The position numbers and the translations under genes are program-made. The notes under the pieces were generated by a model, which ran no database searches, was not told the DNA's origin, and saw nothing but the letters and a program-made list of their open reading frames with translations. DNA of 64,000 nt. Origin: Patescibacteria group bacterium. GTDB taxonomy: Bacteria; Patescibacteriota; UBA1384; CAJBMM01. This document shows positions 1 to 11,200 of the stretch, piece after piece; within the stretch, counting starts at the first letter, position 1, and every line of letters starts with the position of its first letter. The stretch is taken from the NCBI GenBank assembly GCA_041660565.1, contig JBAZWC010000001.1:238481-302480 (forward strand), in the 5' to 3' direction.

Positions 1-18
1 ATCAAATCCCCCAGTATT

Positions 19-498
19 GTGGGCCATTCGTTCGGTGGCCGCGTAGCTATTGTACTTGCGACGCTTAATTCGGATATCAAAAAAGTGGTTCTATATGCTA
101 CTCCCGGCGTGCGGCAACCACTGCCCCGTTTTACTTCAATGGCTCAAGCAATGTATCGTAGCCTTGGCCGCACGACCAATATATTGAATAAAACCATGCT
201 AATGAGACGAATTAGAAAAAGTGTGCAATCTGAAGACTATCGTCAGGCACAAGAGTTAAAAGACATATTTATTTCCACCATCAATTTCGATCTTGCTCCT
301 TATATGGAGAAACTCAATCAAACTGTATTACTAGTTTGGGGCGAAGATGACCACGTTGTGCCGGTGAAAATTGCTCAGAGTATGCAGCAAATTATCCCCC
401 ATTCAGACATTAAGATTATCCCGAAGGGATCGCACACTGCTCATTTGGAAAACCCCAGGCTGTTTTGTGGCCTAATCAGAAAGTACATTAATGACTAA
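19..498 (+). CDS. Alpha/beta-fold hydrolase (5' end truncated by the window edge)
   Basis: GHSFGG nucleophile elbow, LLVWGEDD acid motif and GSH catalytic His; the frame is open to the window start. Confidence 0.85.
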   Translation: MGHSFGGRVAIVLATLNSDIKKVVLYATPGVRQPLPRFTSMAQAMYRSLGRTTNILNKTMLMRRIRKSVQSEDYRQAQELKDIFISTINFDLAPYMEKLNQTVLLVWGEDDHVVPVKIAQSMQQIIPHSDIKIIPKGSHTAHLENPRLFCGLIRKYIND

Positions 499-1837
499 TA
501 TTGTCAGTTTAATCTGGCCATTTTTGGATTTTGTATACATTTTACAGCTGGAAGATTACGATACGGCCAGTTACTTTAAATGGGTATACACTCGGTTTTT
601 TAAACGTCAACTTCAATATGTTGGAAAAATTACGTGGACTAAAAAGGCCCAGGCTATTTTAAGCGTAGCCTTGGGTTTGTATTTAGCGCTGATCTACTTC
701 TTTTGGCCGGTTGGGGTGATATATCAATTGGCGGTAATCGTATTCTTTACTTGTCTGATACCACTGATTGTTGGCTTAGCAAATCTAATTTGCTCCCCAA
801 TTGATTTATATATAAAACAAAACACCATTAAACTGGCTAAGGCAAAGCTATCACAAATGCCGGATTGTATTGTGGTTGCCATTGCCGGAAGTTACGGTAA
901 ATCGACAGTACGGTATTTTGCAAATCAACTTTTAAATCCAGATTTCGCAGTTCATACGCCAAAAGAAAATCACAACACTATGTTTTCGCTAGCGCAGGAC
1001 ATTGTGAATGAACTACCGGTAAAAACCAAATATTATTTGGTAGAGCTGGGTGAATATAATGTTGGTGATTTTAAGCGCTATATTGGGTTGCTTGACCCGG
1101 AAATTGTGGTAGTAACGGCAATTGGCCCACAGCACCTGTCTTCATTTGGCTCACAGGCTGCGATTGATTCGGAATTTAATGATCTAATAAGCATTACTAA
1201 AAATAAAATCCACCTGTTAAATGCCGAAAACGATGGAATTAAGCGTGTTTTCGGAGACGATGTTGCCCAAATTGGCCAGTATAATCAGCAATACCTCGAA
1301 AATAACTTTAATAATGTGAACGCCGATATTATGAGTATTCCGCAACTAAAACAGTGCGCGGCGGCTGCGGTAGTTTTGGCATCCGCGCTTGGCGTTTCAA
1401 AAGAAACTATTCAACCGCATATTACTTTACTGCATCCGGTTGAGCGTCGAATGGATGTAACCGAGCAAAATGGTATTACGATTATTGATGATACGTACAA
1501 CATCAATCCAGAGAGTGCAAAGGCAGCTCTGTCGTATTTGGAAACGCTAAAAGGGCGAAAGATTATTGTTACCGGCGGGATTGTAGATCAAGGACAATCA
1601 TCTGACAACGCCAACATTGTATTCGCGGATCAAATTTCGCAAGTGTGCGAAATTGCAATTATTGCTCAAACTATTTATGCGCCGTTGATTATTGATACCA
1701 TCAAAGACCGTAACAAATTGTGTCGCGTTATCGAATCGCCTCACCCAAGCCGAACCCCGTCTATATTAAAAGAGATCTTACAAAGCGGCGACAACGTTTT
1801 GTTGCAAAACGAACTCCCAGACCTTTATTGGCACTAG
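491..1837 (+). CDS. murF: MurF-like Mur ligase with N-terminal transmembrane segments
   Basis: AGSYGKST P-loop, VELG, IGPQHL and IIDDTYNINP motifs; next to ddl. Confidence 0.7.
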   Translation: MTNIVSLIWPFLDFVYILQLEDYDTASYFKWVYTRFFKRQLQYVGKITWTKKAQAILSVALGLYLALIYFFWPVGVIYQLAVIVFFTCLIPLIVGLANLICSPIDLYIKQNTIKLAKAKLSQMPDCIVVAIAGSYGKSTVRYFANQLLNPDFAVHTPKENHNTMFSLAQDIVNELPVKTKYYLVELGEYNVGDFKRYIGLLDPEIVVVTAIGPQHLSSFGSQAAIDSEFNDLISITKNKIHLLNAENDGIKRVFGDDVAQIGQYNQQYLENNFNNVNADIMSIPQLKQCAAAAVVLASALGVSKETIQPHITLLHPVERRMDVTEQNGITIIDDTYNINPESAKAALSYLETLKGRKIIVTGGIVDQGQSSDNANIVFADQISQVCEIAIIAQTIYAPLIIDTIKDRNKLCRVIESPHPSRTPSILKEILQSGDNVLLQNELPDLYWH

Positions 1838-2940
1838 ATTTTCTGAAGTATGTCCGATTTGTATTGTCGGACTAGTTTGTGTTTGATTTGATGCTGTTCA
1901 ACCGCTATTGCGAACAATCTTTTAATTAAATCCGGATAATTTAGGCCGCTAGCTTCCCAAAGATAGAAAGATAGTGAGCCCGGAATAGTGTTTATTTCGG
2001 TAACGTAAATATTGCTGTTGCTTTGATCAATCATAAAATCTACTCTGGCTACCCCGCTACACCCGAGCACCTTAAACACGTTCTCAGCGTATGTTTTGAT
2101 TTTTTTAGACTCTGCCTCCGAAATTGGGGCTGGAATTCGACGGTCTAAACTGGCCATACCTTTTGCGCCCTTTTTACCTTTACCGTTATGCAAATATTTA
2201 TCGGCATACGATAGGATTTCGCTTGAGGAAATTGGCTGTTCGCACACAGAGGACTCACACGCCTTAGCAGTGCCGAGCACGCTGCAGTTTATTTCTATCA
2301 TATTTGTTAAATAAGGCTCAACAATTGCTTGAGTATCAAGCTGAAAAATTGTAGCAAAACTTTCGGTCAGTTGCTTCTGGTTATCTGCCTTAGCCACGCC
2401 AATGCTTGATCCCAAGTGAGAAGGCTTGGCGATAACCGGAAAACCAATGTTTACTTTATCGGACGGAGAGTTGACGGCCTGATATGGCAATACGGGAATC
2501 TTGTTTTCGTGCATAATTGCTTTGAATAAAATTTTGTCCATGCCCAAGGCCGATGCCGAGACATTGCAACCAACGTATGGCACGTCCAGTGCCTCTAGTA
2601 GCCCTTGTACCGCACCATCTTCGCCACCTGTGCCATGGAATAACGGGAAGGCAATATCAATTGTTAATGGCTTAATTGAGAATAATCCACTCTTATATAG
2701 CAAGTGATTGTTTTGAATTGAAACTTCTACTCCCTTTTTGGCTAATTTAGCCAGTAATTCGTGCGGATTAAGAGGTGGATCATAAACCGTCAAAAACTGA
2801 CCATCATTTGTCCAATAGAACGGAATAATGTTGTATGCGCTATGGTCGATATACTTTAACGCTTGCATTGCGGTAATCACCGATACGTCATGTTCCACAC
2901 TTGGACCGCCGAACATTAGCAGTAGGTTTTTCTTCATCAC
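1834..2940 (-). CDS. ddl: D-alanine--D-alanine ligase
   Basis: FGGPSVEHDVS, HGTGGEDG, GSSIG and EINTIPG motifs. Confidence 0.93.
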   Translation of the reverse strand: MMKKNLLLMFGGPSVEHDVSVITAMQALKYIDHSAYNIIPFYWTNDGQFLTVYDPPLNPHELLAKLAKKGVEVSIQNNHLLYKSGLFSIKPLTIDIAFPLFHGTGGEDGAVQGLLEALDVPYVGCNVSASALGMDKILFKAIMHENKIPVLPYQAVNSPSDKVNIGFPVIAKPSHLGSSIGVAKADNQKQLTESFATIFQLDTQAIVEPYLTNMIEINCSVLGTAKACESSVCEQPISSSEILSYADKYLHNGKGKKGAKGMASLDRRIPAPISEAESKKIKTYAENVFKVLGCSGVARVDFMIDQSNSNIYVTEINTIPGSLSFYLWEASGLNYPDLIKRLFAIAVEQHQIKHKLVRQYKSDILQKI

Positions 2941-3126
2941 ATCCTTTCTTAACGACTTTAGTATACATTATTTTGTGTCTTAAAACACAAAAAAGCACTA
3001 AGCACTAAATTATAAATTCGAAACAAATTCAAAAATTGGCGCGGTGGGCTGGTTTTTATATAATTAGAATTTTGAATTTTCTTTACACTCAACAAATCTT
3101 TCATTAAGATTATATATAGAGGGCTT

Positions 3127-4026
3127 ATGACAAATAAAAAATTGATTATCTGGGGTGGCGTGATTGCCGCCATGTCTTGTATGGCGATAATATTATTTTT
3201 AGTTTCGGAGAACCTTAGTCAAGCATCGACAATAAAATTATCTGCTCCGGTAGATGGCACTCCAATTCCGGATGGTGTTTCTTCGGCTACTCCAACTGCG
3301 CTTGTTTCGTCATTACCTTCTTCAACGGCCAGTGTTGCTCCCACCGCAACTAGTTCTGCTACTACAACTGCTACACCTACAACGCGCCCGTCATCTACCG
3401 TATCGGCAAATCCCTCGGCTGGTGCCAGCGTTGCCCCTAGTCACTCCCCCTCTGCCGGCCCAAGCTCTGCCGTCAGTAGTAATCCGTCAGCTGGGGTAAC
3501 AACTTCTCCAACAGTATCAACGTCCACCTCTGCGCCCATCTCAACGCCACAACCGAAAACTACGGAACAGGTAGTGCTATCTACGCTCAAACTTCAAGCC
3601 GAACCGGTGGTGGCTACATCAGATCATCGATATAACATTGTTATACAATGCACCGTTCCAACCGGGGTTAGCTTCGTGACGTTTTTGGTAAACTCGGATA
3701 ATCCCATGACTATTCCGGCCACGCTTAACAACAATACCGCCACCGCTACTATCACCTCACCTCTAGAAAGCGGCAAACATCAAATTACGGTAGCGTTCAA
3801 AGATCCAACGAGTAATCAGGTGATGGAAATTAAGCGCGATTTCTTTGTCTCCCCTGTTCTTGCAGCCAGTACCTTGAACGGATCATCGGCTGTAACATCA
3901 CATTTTACCGATTTTATCCCACTTAAGTATATCTTTACTCTAATTGCGATGATTCTAATTACTACGGTTGCCACCTTTGTTATCTACCGAAAAGCGGCGG
4001 TAATCGAGACTAAAAAAACTAAATAG
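3127..4026 (+). CDS. Membrane-anchored Ser/Thr/Pro-rich surface protein with a probable Ig-like domain
   Basis: N-terminal hydrophobic helix, long S/T/P linker, beta-rich segment, C-terminal TM with basic tail. Confidence 0.7.
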   Translation: MTNKKLIIWGGVIAAMSCMAIILFLVSENLSQASTIKLSAPVDGTPIPDGVSSATPTALVSSLPSSTASVAPTATSSATTTATPTTRPSSTVSANPSAGASVAPSHSPSAGPSSAVSSNPSAGVTTSPTVSTSTSAPISTPQPKTTEQVVLSTLKLQAEPVVATSDHRYNIVIQCTVPTGVSFVTFLVNSDNPMTIPATLNNNTATATITSPLESGKHQITVAFKDPTSNQVMEIKRDFFVSPVLAASTLNGSSAVTSHFTDFIPLKYIFTLIAMILITTVATFVIYRKAAVIETKKTK

Positions 4027-4032
4027 GACGCT

Positions 4033-5406
4033 ATGAGCTCACTGTATTGGCGACAATTTTTGTACTCAGTAGTGATTGTTATTTGTATTCCAGCAATATT
4101 AATTGCTAATTTGATTCTGCATAATAACAATTTCACCACGCTACTTAATCAGGAGCTGCAAAGCAAGGCCGAGCTAACCGCTCAAGCGCTAAGCACCACC
4201 GTAACCGATTCACTTAGCCAGCCAGATGTAATTAGCGCCAAAATTAGTGCCTTAATTAAAAACTCAGATATCAAAGAAATTACAGTATATAAATATAACA
4301 ATAACGCGTTTTCTGTGGTATCTACTACTAACCCGGAAAACGAGGTGAAGGTGCTAGACGCGCCATCATCAAACACCGCTTGGAATGAAAAACGCGCTAT
4401 AGCAACTCAGTTTGGCTCGGCAAACACCAATGATCACGTTTATACCGTAACCACCCCAATTTACGATGCCGATGGAAATGCTGCTGCGCTGTTGGTAAGC
4501 CAAATTTCGGTAGCAGACATAGACGCACTGGTAAAAAGTAACAACCAGCAAACCCTGTACTTCTTATTAGCAAGCATATTGGTAATATTTATTTTGCTTA
4601 TTAACCACTTTCATTTTGTCGGATACGCCAAGCTACTTTATGCTCTTAAAAATGTAAATCAACTAAAAGATCGGTTTCTTAACCGCACTACCATGGACCT
4701 GCAAGAGCCGTTAATGAATATCAAAAGTAGCTCCGAATCGTTTAATAAACTCTACTCGCAATCGGTTGATGCCAATGGGCTCAAAATGATCAGCGACATC
4801 AACGCCGAATCGGTCAAAATGCTAGAAGTGGTTAAAGAGCTACTAGATTTAAGTAAAATTGAACACAACCAAATAGAACTTCAGCGGCAGCCGATCAATC
4901 CAATGAAAATTTGTGCCGATGTAGTGGCAAAGCTTGCGCCGGTTACCATGGCAAAGCAAATAAATATCTCGTTAAATATCGATAAAACTCAGGGGCTTAT
5001 TTCGGTTGATCAAAGCAGACTAAGCCAAGAAATTTCAATGTTGCTTAATGTATTTATTGAGCATATGGAAAATGGAGAGATTAAGATTGCCTACGAGCAA
5101 ATCACCAAAAACCGCTGGTCGGTAACTATCTCTAGCGATACTTTTAGATATAAAGATGCAGCTAACGTATCTCAGACCGCAATTTCTAATCCTGCTGATC
5201 AGTCAGCTAACTTAACCGAATTTGGGGTAAGTTATTGGATTGTAGAGCAATTGACTCAATTAATGGGTGGGCATATTGAAACTCAGTTTAATCCCCCATC
5301 TCAATTGATCTTTAGATTGATTTATCCGGAAGTTAAAGTAGTTGAGTTCCCTAACTCAGCCGAAGCCGTCGCTCCCACTGCCACTACCTCCAATATTTAT
5401 GCATAG
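4033..5406 (+). CDS. Sensor histidine-kinase-like protein, catalytically degenerate
   Basis: Two TMs around an extracytoplasmic domain; HisKA-like KDRFL...DLQEPL...LLDLSKIE; HATPase-like tail lacking the N/G boxes. Confidence 0.75.
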   Translation: MSSLYWRQFLYSVVIVICIPAILIANLILHNNNFTTLLNQELQSKAELTAQALSTTVTDSLSQPDVISAKISALIKNSDIKEITVYKYNNNAFSVVSTTNPENEVKVLDAPSSNTAWNEKRAIATQFGSANTNDHVYTVTTPIYDADGNAAALLVSQISVADIDALVKSNNQQTLYFLLASILVIFILLINHFHFVGYAKLLYALKNVNQLKDRFLNRTTMDLQEPLMNIKSSSESFNKLYSQSVDANGLKMISDINAESVKMLEVVKELLDLSKIEHNQIELQRQPINPMKICADVVAKLAPVTMAKQINISLNIDKTQGLISVDQSRLSQEISMLLNVFIEHMENGEIKIAYEQITKNRWSVTISSDTFRYKDAANVSQTAISNPADQSANLTEFGVSYWIVEQLTQLMGGHIETQFNPPSQLIFRLIYPEVKVVEFPNSAEAVAPTATTSNIYA

Positions 5407-5443
5407 GACGAGCTATACTACGAAATCCGTAGTCAAATACCTA

Positions 5444-5770
5444 TCAAAAACCATTCCACCTGAGTAATAATAAAAATAGTCCGATTCCTAATATTGTACC
5501 AAAAACTGGGAAAGTATATCGTGTCCATTTTTCTGGAAAAAAGCTGTCGAATACGTATCCTTTCGTGGCGCCATATTTTTTTGCCATACCGGTCAACGGG
5601 CACTTCATACCATTGCCAAAAAACACGATTCCTTCGATAGAAATTAAGCCGAGCGCAACATATAACGCTGGTCCGAATATTTTTGCGATACCACAATATA
5701 GAATGAAAAATACTGAGCCAGCCATGAAAATAAATATGATCGTATGTATTGTTTTGATAAGCGCAAGCAT
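5444..5770 (-). CDS. Small membrane protein (CPLT motif, DUF2784-like)
   Basis: Three hydrophobic helices and a KCPLT motif. Confidence 0.65.
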   Translation of the reverse strand: MLALIKTIHTIIFIFMAGSVFFILYCGIAKIFGPALYVALGLISIEGIVFFGNGMKCPLTGMAKKYGATKGYVFDSFFPEKWTRYTFPVFGTILGIGLFLLLLRWNGF

Positions 5771-5842
5771 TTAGCTGACCTCGTTGGCCTTTAGAATATA
5801 GTATTTTAGTACAACCGAATATTAAATTATTTAATACGTAAT

Positions 5843-5918
5843 TGGTGGACCTTAGGAGATTCGAACTCCTGACCTCTTCCATGCCATGGAAGCGCTCTAC
5901 CAGCTAAGCTAAAGGCCC
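5843..5918 (-). tRNA. tRNA-Ala(GGC)
   Basis: Reverse complement GGGCCTTTAGCTTAGCTGGTAGAGCGCTTCCATGGCATGGAAGAGGTCAGGAGTTCGAATCTCCTAAGGTCCACCA folds as a cloverleaf with a G3:U70 pair, GGC anticodon and encoded CCA. Confidence 0.97.
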
Positions 5919-5997
5919 ACTAACATTATTATACACAAAAAAGCATGAATTACCAGATTATTTTGATATAAATCTTTGATCCAGCACGGAATGACGA

Positions 5998-8025
5998 TTA
6001 AGGCAGCCGAGTAATGCGGCGGCGGATTAGCCATCCGGCAATTGAGATTAAGATTAACGTAGCTCCACCACCAATTGAAAGATTGGTTGGGGTGAGTAGT
6101 TTTTGGGCTTGAGTTTTAGTTTCAGTTGGAACCACAACAGGAGCTTCTTTAAATGACGCTGTAACAGCCGTGGATGGGTTTGAAGTGTTATTGTGAATGT
6201 CAGTAGCTTGTAAGGTGAATTGGTAGTCTGTGGCTAATACGAGTTTAGGGTGATTTGCTAGTACAACATTGTAGCTTAATGTTGATTTGGTTAGTTTGAC
6301 TGTCTCGATGTTAGTACCGGAAGCGTTATTAATATTTAGTATGTATTCAGATAAGTCTGTATCGATATTCGCAGTCCAAGATAGTTTAATTATTGATTTA
6401 GAATAGCTAGTTACAACCAGATTAACCGGAATACCCGGAGCTAGGTTATCTACTGAAGCAAAACTAACCGTATTAGAGCTTTTTGATTCAGAGGTACCTT
6501 TGTATGCTCTAACGAAGTAATAAAATGTAGTACCAACATCTGCTTTAGTATCGATATACTGTAATACTGTTTTTTCAGTTTTAGCTACGTTTACAAAATC
6601 TTTAGTATTATTAGTAGTACTACGGTAAACCATATAACCGTTAATACTAGATGATGTAGATGCCTTCCATTTTAGAGTAGTATTTCCGCCTTGATCTCCG
6701 GGAAAATCTTCTGCAGTTAAACTAGACGGTACATTAATAGATGATACCGGAGCAGCTGGTGCAGCACCAGTACCAGCAGATACACCAACTTGAGGTGCGG
6801 GGGTATTAGCTACTACAACTTGGGGCGCAGCAGTTGTGCTTGTACCCGTGTTGCCAGTACCGGTATTACCGGTGTTGTTACCGGAACTAGGCGTTGGCGT
6901 TGGAGTAGAATCACCGCCCCCAACCGCATTAACCGTTAGTGTTGCCTCGTTGGAGGTTACGTTACCAACGGAATTAGTAACGGTACATTTATATTTGCTA
7001 CTACTGTCCCCTGTTGCCAATGTCCCGGTGGTGTAACTCGAACTAGTTGCGCCAGAGATATTGCTACCATTTTTCTTCCACTGATACGATAGCGGTGCTG
7101 TACCAGAAGCCGCAACGGTAAATGTAGCAGTTTGACCGGCACTGACGGTGATATTAGATGGTTGAGTTGTGATTGACGGGGCGGTATCGCTAGGTGGTGG
7201 TGCATTAACCGTTAAAGTTGCTTCGTTAGAAGTAGCACTACCGTAAGCGTTAGTGACGGTACATTTATATTTACTACCACTATCTGATGTAGATAAGGCT
7301 CCTGTTGTATATGACGCACTGGTTGCGCCGGAAACATTACTCCCGTTTTTCTGCCATTGATATGACAGTGGCGCGGTACCGGAAGCCGCAACGGTAAATG
7401 TTGCCGTCTGCCCGGCCGTCACAGTAGCGCTAGATGGTTGAGTCGTGATGGCTGGCGCAGAACCAGTGATTGTGGATGATATGGTGACATATGAACCACC
7501 TGTTGTGGTTGGCGGCTGTTCTGTCGATGGAATTTGATACAGAGTGCTTCCATCGCTTGCTTTGGTTATAGTAATTCGCACTTGACCGTATGTGCCATAA
7601 GCAGTGGCTTCTACTCTTACAATAGCTAGCCCATTATAATTATCTCCGGAATAATTGCCAGCATTGCTAGTAACCACACAATGATTGCGGTCAACTCCCC
7701 CAATATTAACTTTACTAACAACTACATCAGAATCTGTTACTTCAATGGCAAAGTATTTTGGAGGACTATCTGCTGGGTTTTGACTGCCAAGGGCATTAAT
7801 CTTACCGAAAGTAGTAATCGTTCCGCCAATATCATACTTCCAGCCGGTTACTTTTACGGCAGCGGTGATATTATCCGAATTTTTATATGTCCATTGAACC
7901 GCACATGAAGATGTAGAGTCTGCGCGAGCTAAACGATTTTGGGACAGCGAAAAACTAAGCATCCCAACCATTATCAATACAACTGTCAGTGCCCAAACAT
8001 AACGAGGTTTTAATCTTATTCTCAT
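5998..8025 (-). CDS. Surface protein with two Ig (I-set-like) repeats, FN3 domains and a C-terminal TM anchor
   Basis: Duplicated APxITTQPS...TATFTVAASGTAPLSYQW...YKCTVTN repeat; signal peptide; C-terminal TM followed by RRR. Confidence 0.85.
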   Translation of the reverse strand: MRIRLKPRYVWALTVVLIMVGMLSFSLSQNRLARADSTSSCAVQWTYKNSDNITAAVKVTGWKYDIGGTITTFGKINALGSQNPADSPPKYFAIEVTDSDVVVSKVNIGGVDRNHCVVTSNAGNYSGDNYNGLAIVRVEATAYGTYGQVRITITKASDGSTLYQIPSTEQPPTTTGGSYVTISSTITGSAPAITTQPSSATVTAGQTATFTVAASGTAPLSYQWQKNGSNVSGATSASYTTGALSTSDSGSKYKCTVTNAYGSATSNEATLTVNAPPPSDTAPSITTQPSNITVSAGQTATFTVAASGTAPLSYQWKKNGSNISGATSSSYTTGTLATGDSSSKYKCTVTNSVGNVTSNEATLTVNAVGGGDSTPTPTPSSGNNTGNTGTGNTGTSTTAAPQVVVANTPAPQVGVSAGTGAAPAAPVSSINVPSSLTAEDFPGDQGGNTTLKWKASTSSSINGYMVYRSTTNNTKDFVNVAKTEKTVLQYIDTKADVGTTFYYFVRAYKGTSESKSSNTVSFASVDNLAPGIPVNLVVTSYSKSIIKLSWTANIDTDLSEYILNINNASGTNIETVKLTKSTLSYNVVLANHPKLVLATDYQFTLQATDIHNNTSNPSTAVTASFKEAPVVVPTETKTQAQKLLTPTNLSIGGGATLILISIAGWLIRRRITRLP

Positions 8026-8202
8026 ATATTAATATTGATGTATAACTGAATAGAACACAATAAAGATTCTAAGGTCGGGGTAAAAAACATTAGTGGTCAA
8101 TCAAAACTATTTCTTATCAATTATATGTAGATTTTGGTCTTTGAGAATTTACCCAGCAGCGTTTGTGGATGATAATCAAAGTTTTTGAAACTTTTGAACA
8201 CA

Positions 8203-11200
8203 TTACCTACGAACTTTTTTTCGTCGATTGGAGTAGATTATAAAACCGAGAACGAAAACTAAAGCGATAAAACCGAATGAGACGTATTGCCAAATTCTGG
8301 TTTTTTGTTTCTCTATTTCAATATTTCCATTGTCAACGCTCATATTAAAATCATAGGTTTTGCTTTCGTCACCCTCTAGCTCTAAATTACTTGCCAGTTT
8401 AATAGATGCGTGAGCAAGAACGGTATGAGATCCTTGTCCCAGAATCTCACTAGCGTTGGCCAACCTGCACGACCAATTACCTTCGTCATCGGCAAGTACT
8501 TGAGTGGTATAAGGATCGGAATGGATGGTAAGAAATACAATTGTGTTCGGATCTGAGGTGCCATCAATCAAAAGACTGTCATTTTTAGCTGTAATATCAG
8601 TAATGGATGGAGCTGAAGGTCTAATATCAATAATTTGTGTTGATTTGCTCTTGTTTCCTGCTTTATCATAAACGGTCAAAGTAACAGTGTACCTTCCGGG
8701 ATTCTTATAAACATGATTAACCTTTGATAGATTAGATGTGCTTCCATCTCCAAAATTCCATTCTAAAAGGGTAATTAATATATTGTCTGTGGAACTGCTT
8801 GCATCAAATGTAACTGATTTGCTAGTAACAAGCGTCAACGGATCTTGTAGGATACCTAGGGCGGCTATGGGAGATGTAGTGTCTGGCCTGGTTGAGCTTG
8901 TGGTTGATGTGCTAGATGAAGGTGATGGACTCGAAGTTGTTGTGGACGCTGAGCTACTAGATGATGATGAGGTTGGTGTTGATGTAGGCGTTGCGGTTGG
9001 TGTTGATGTTGCGGTGCTAGGTGTCGGAGTTGAGCTTGGCTCCGGTGTTGGGCTGTCGGATGATGGTGTAGCTTGTGTTGCAGCAGTAGCCGAAACGTAG
9101 TTGGAATTTTCTACGTTATCACCATTTACCGAATAAACATAATATGTGTAATCCGTTGAAGCCGAAAGTCCGGTATCAGAATAAGTTAAATCATTTGCAG
9201 AATGAACTAAGGTGCCAGAACCTGACAAGCCATTTCGATAAACGTTAAACTTACTTTGAGCTCCGCCAGATGTCCAATCAACTTGAATCGAACTTGCAGA
9301 TTGAGCGGTGGCGGTAGCAGAGCCGGGATTTGACGCACTAGTGTATTTGGCCGCAGTGGTAGAATATGCGGTTTCGGTGCTGTCGGCATTACGTGCTTTG
9401 ACTTCTAAAATGTATTGAGTGTTGGCAGAGAGCCCGGTATTAACAATTCCCAATGCTCCACCCCAAGTGGTGTAATCCTGCCAGACTGCGGAAGCACCCA
9501 GAGTACCATTTGCTTGGATATACTGTGTCGTTGATGTTTCGTAGATAGCGTACGTTGTGCCAGCCGGATTCGAGTTTTGATTAATAATTGCTGTTAAAGA
9601 AGTCGCGGATGTTAAGGTGACTGTTGGCGCAGACGGAACGTTAGCAAGAGTATATTTGGACGCGGTTGTGGAAAAGCTTGTTTCGGTGTCATTGCTATTT
9701 TTAGCTTTTACCTCAAATGTATATTGGACATTGGGAGATAAACCGGTATTCGTTACACCCGAAGCTCCACCCCATGTAGTATAATCCTGCCAAACCGCCG
9801 ACGCGCCGAGTGATCCATTTGCTTGAATATACTGTGTCGTTGATGTTTCGTAGATAGCGTAGGTTGTTCCGGCTGGATTAGAATTTTGATTGACGGTGAT
9901 TTTTAGTGAGGTGGCAGCCGGTGTATTCACTGTTGGCGCAGACGGTACGTTGGCTAAGGTGTAAAATGCAACACATGCCCCATATGCGGAACCAGATATG
10001 TTTGTGGCATAAGGTTTGTATGAATATTGCGTATTTACGCTTAGACTTGATTGTGAGAGCGAAAAAGCTCCAGTGCCGTAGTCACCGTTTTGTGATAAGT
10101 CGTTAATAGCTCCAGTACAATCTGATGATTGATAGTATTTAAAACCTCTAACAGTAGCATTTTGAGTGCCAACATCCTCAATTGTCCCATGCAGAGAAGC
10201 GGAGGTAGCCGTAATATTATCTGCAGCCTGAGCAGTCACAGTTGGGGGTGTTAACGCCACTTCCGCTCCAACACTTGTTGACGGCTCAGGCAAGGAGTAT
10301 TGGCGTAGTCTAAAATCGTCAAGATACCCGGATGTTTGTACAGCACTGTCAGTAGTAAATGTAATTTTATTAATTGCTCCTACAGCTCGTGAGATATCGT
10401 CCTGTCTAACAATTTCGTTATAATTTGTGTCATATACAACAAAATTATATTTATCCAAATCTGTGTTAAATTCTAGAGTTACCAGATACCAAGTGTCTGC
10501 AGTGTATGTTACCGCAGTGTTGTGGAATGAACCATCCCAGTAATGAAAATATGTAGCACCAAGACCAGCCACTGCCCCTATTGTATCTCCGCTATAAAGA
10601 TATGCGTCAAATCCTCCACCTGTGGTATTACTCCTTCGCATCCATGCTCCAATAACTCCCGTAGTCTTCGGAACAAATGAAGAAGTGTAAAACTGAGTTC
10701 CGGCGATTGCAGATGTGTCAGATTGTCTGATAGATCTACTTCCGTGTCGTATTGGCGTGTCTACTACTGTCACTGTGCCCCCAGAACCAGCGCCCGTCCA
10801 GAAAGGAGCTACTCTACTAAGAGCAGACACAAAGTCTGTCTCTATTGTTAATCCTGTATACCACGTATCAGTTCCGTTAGGTGAACCCGCAAAATAAGTC
10901 CATATTTGATTATTTGTAAGATTAAAACTGTTTCGGTAAATATCATCAGTTAGCACTACCGGCGTGTCTTGGTCTGAATCATTCCATGCAGCTGCTGCTC
11001 CAAAATTGATCGCATTTCTTATGAATTCTCTGCTGGCTGGATAAAATGTTGGGCTGGTATCTCTATAAAGTTCAATCTGTGCCTTATCTGACGATACGGT
11101 ATAGTGTGGCACAAGCATATAATAATAATCCCCATACTTAAATGGAAAAATACAAAACCGACCACCGGTAAAAATCGGATTGTTAGCATCTTTTGTCCAA

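Noticed and set aside
4023-5416. ATAGGACG direct repeat flanking the pseudo-kinase
   Set aside because: The match is 8 bp and includes stop codons, so chance is plausible.
5407-5843. Integrative element at tRNA-Ala
   Set aside because: No duplicated tRNA 3' end or integrase is visible.
5433-5882. 149-aa minus-strand ORF
   Set aside because: It overlaps tRNA-Ala and the better-supported 108-aa membrane ORF.
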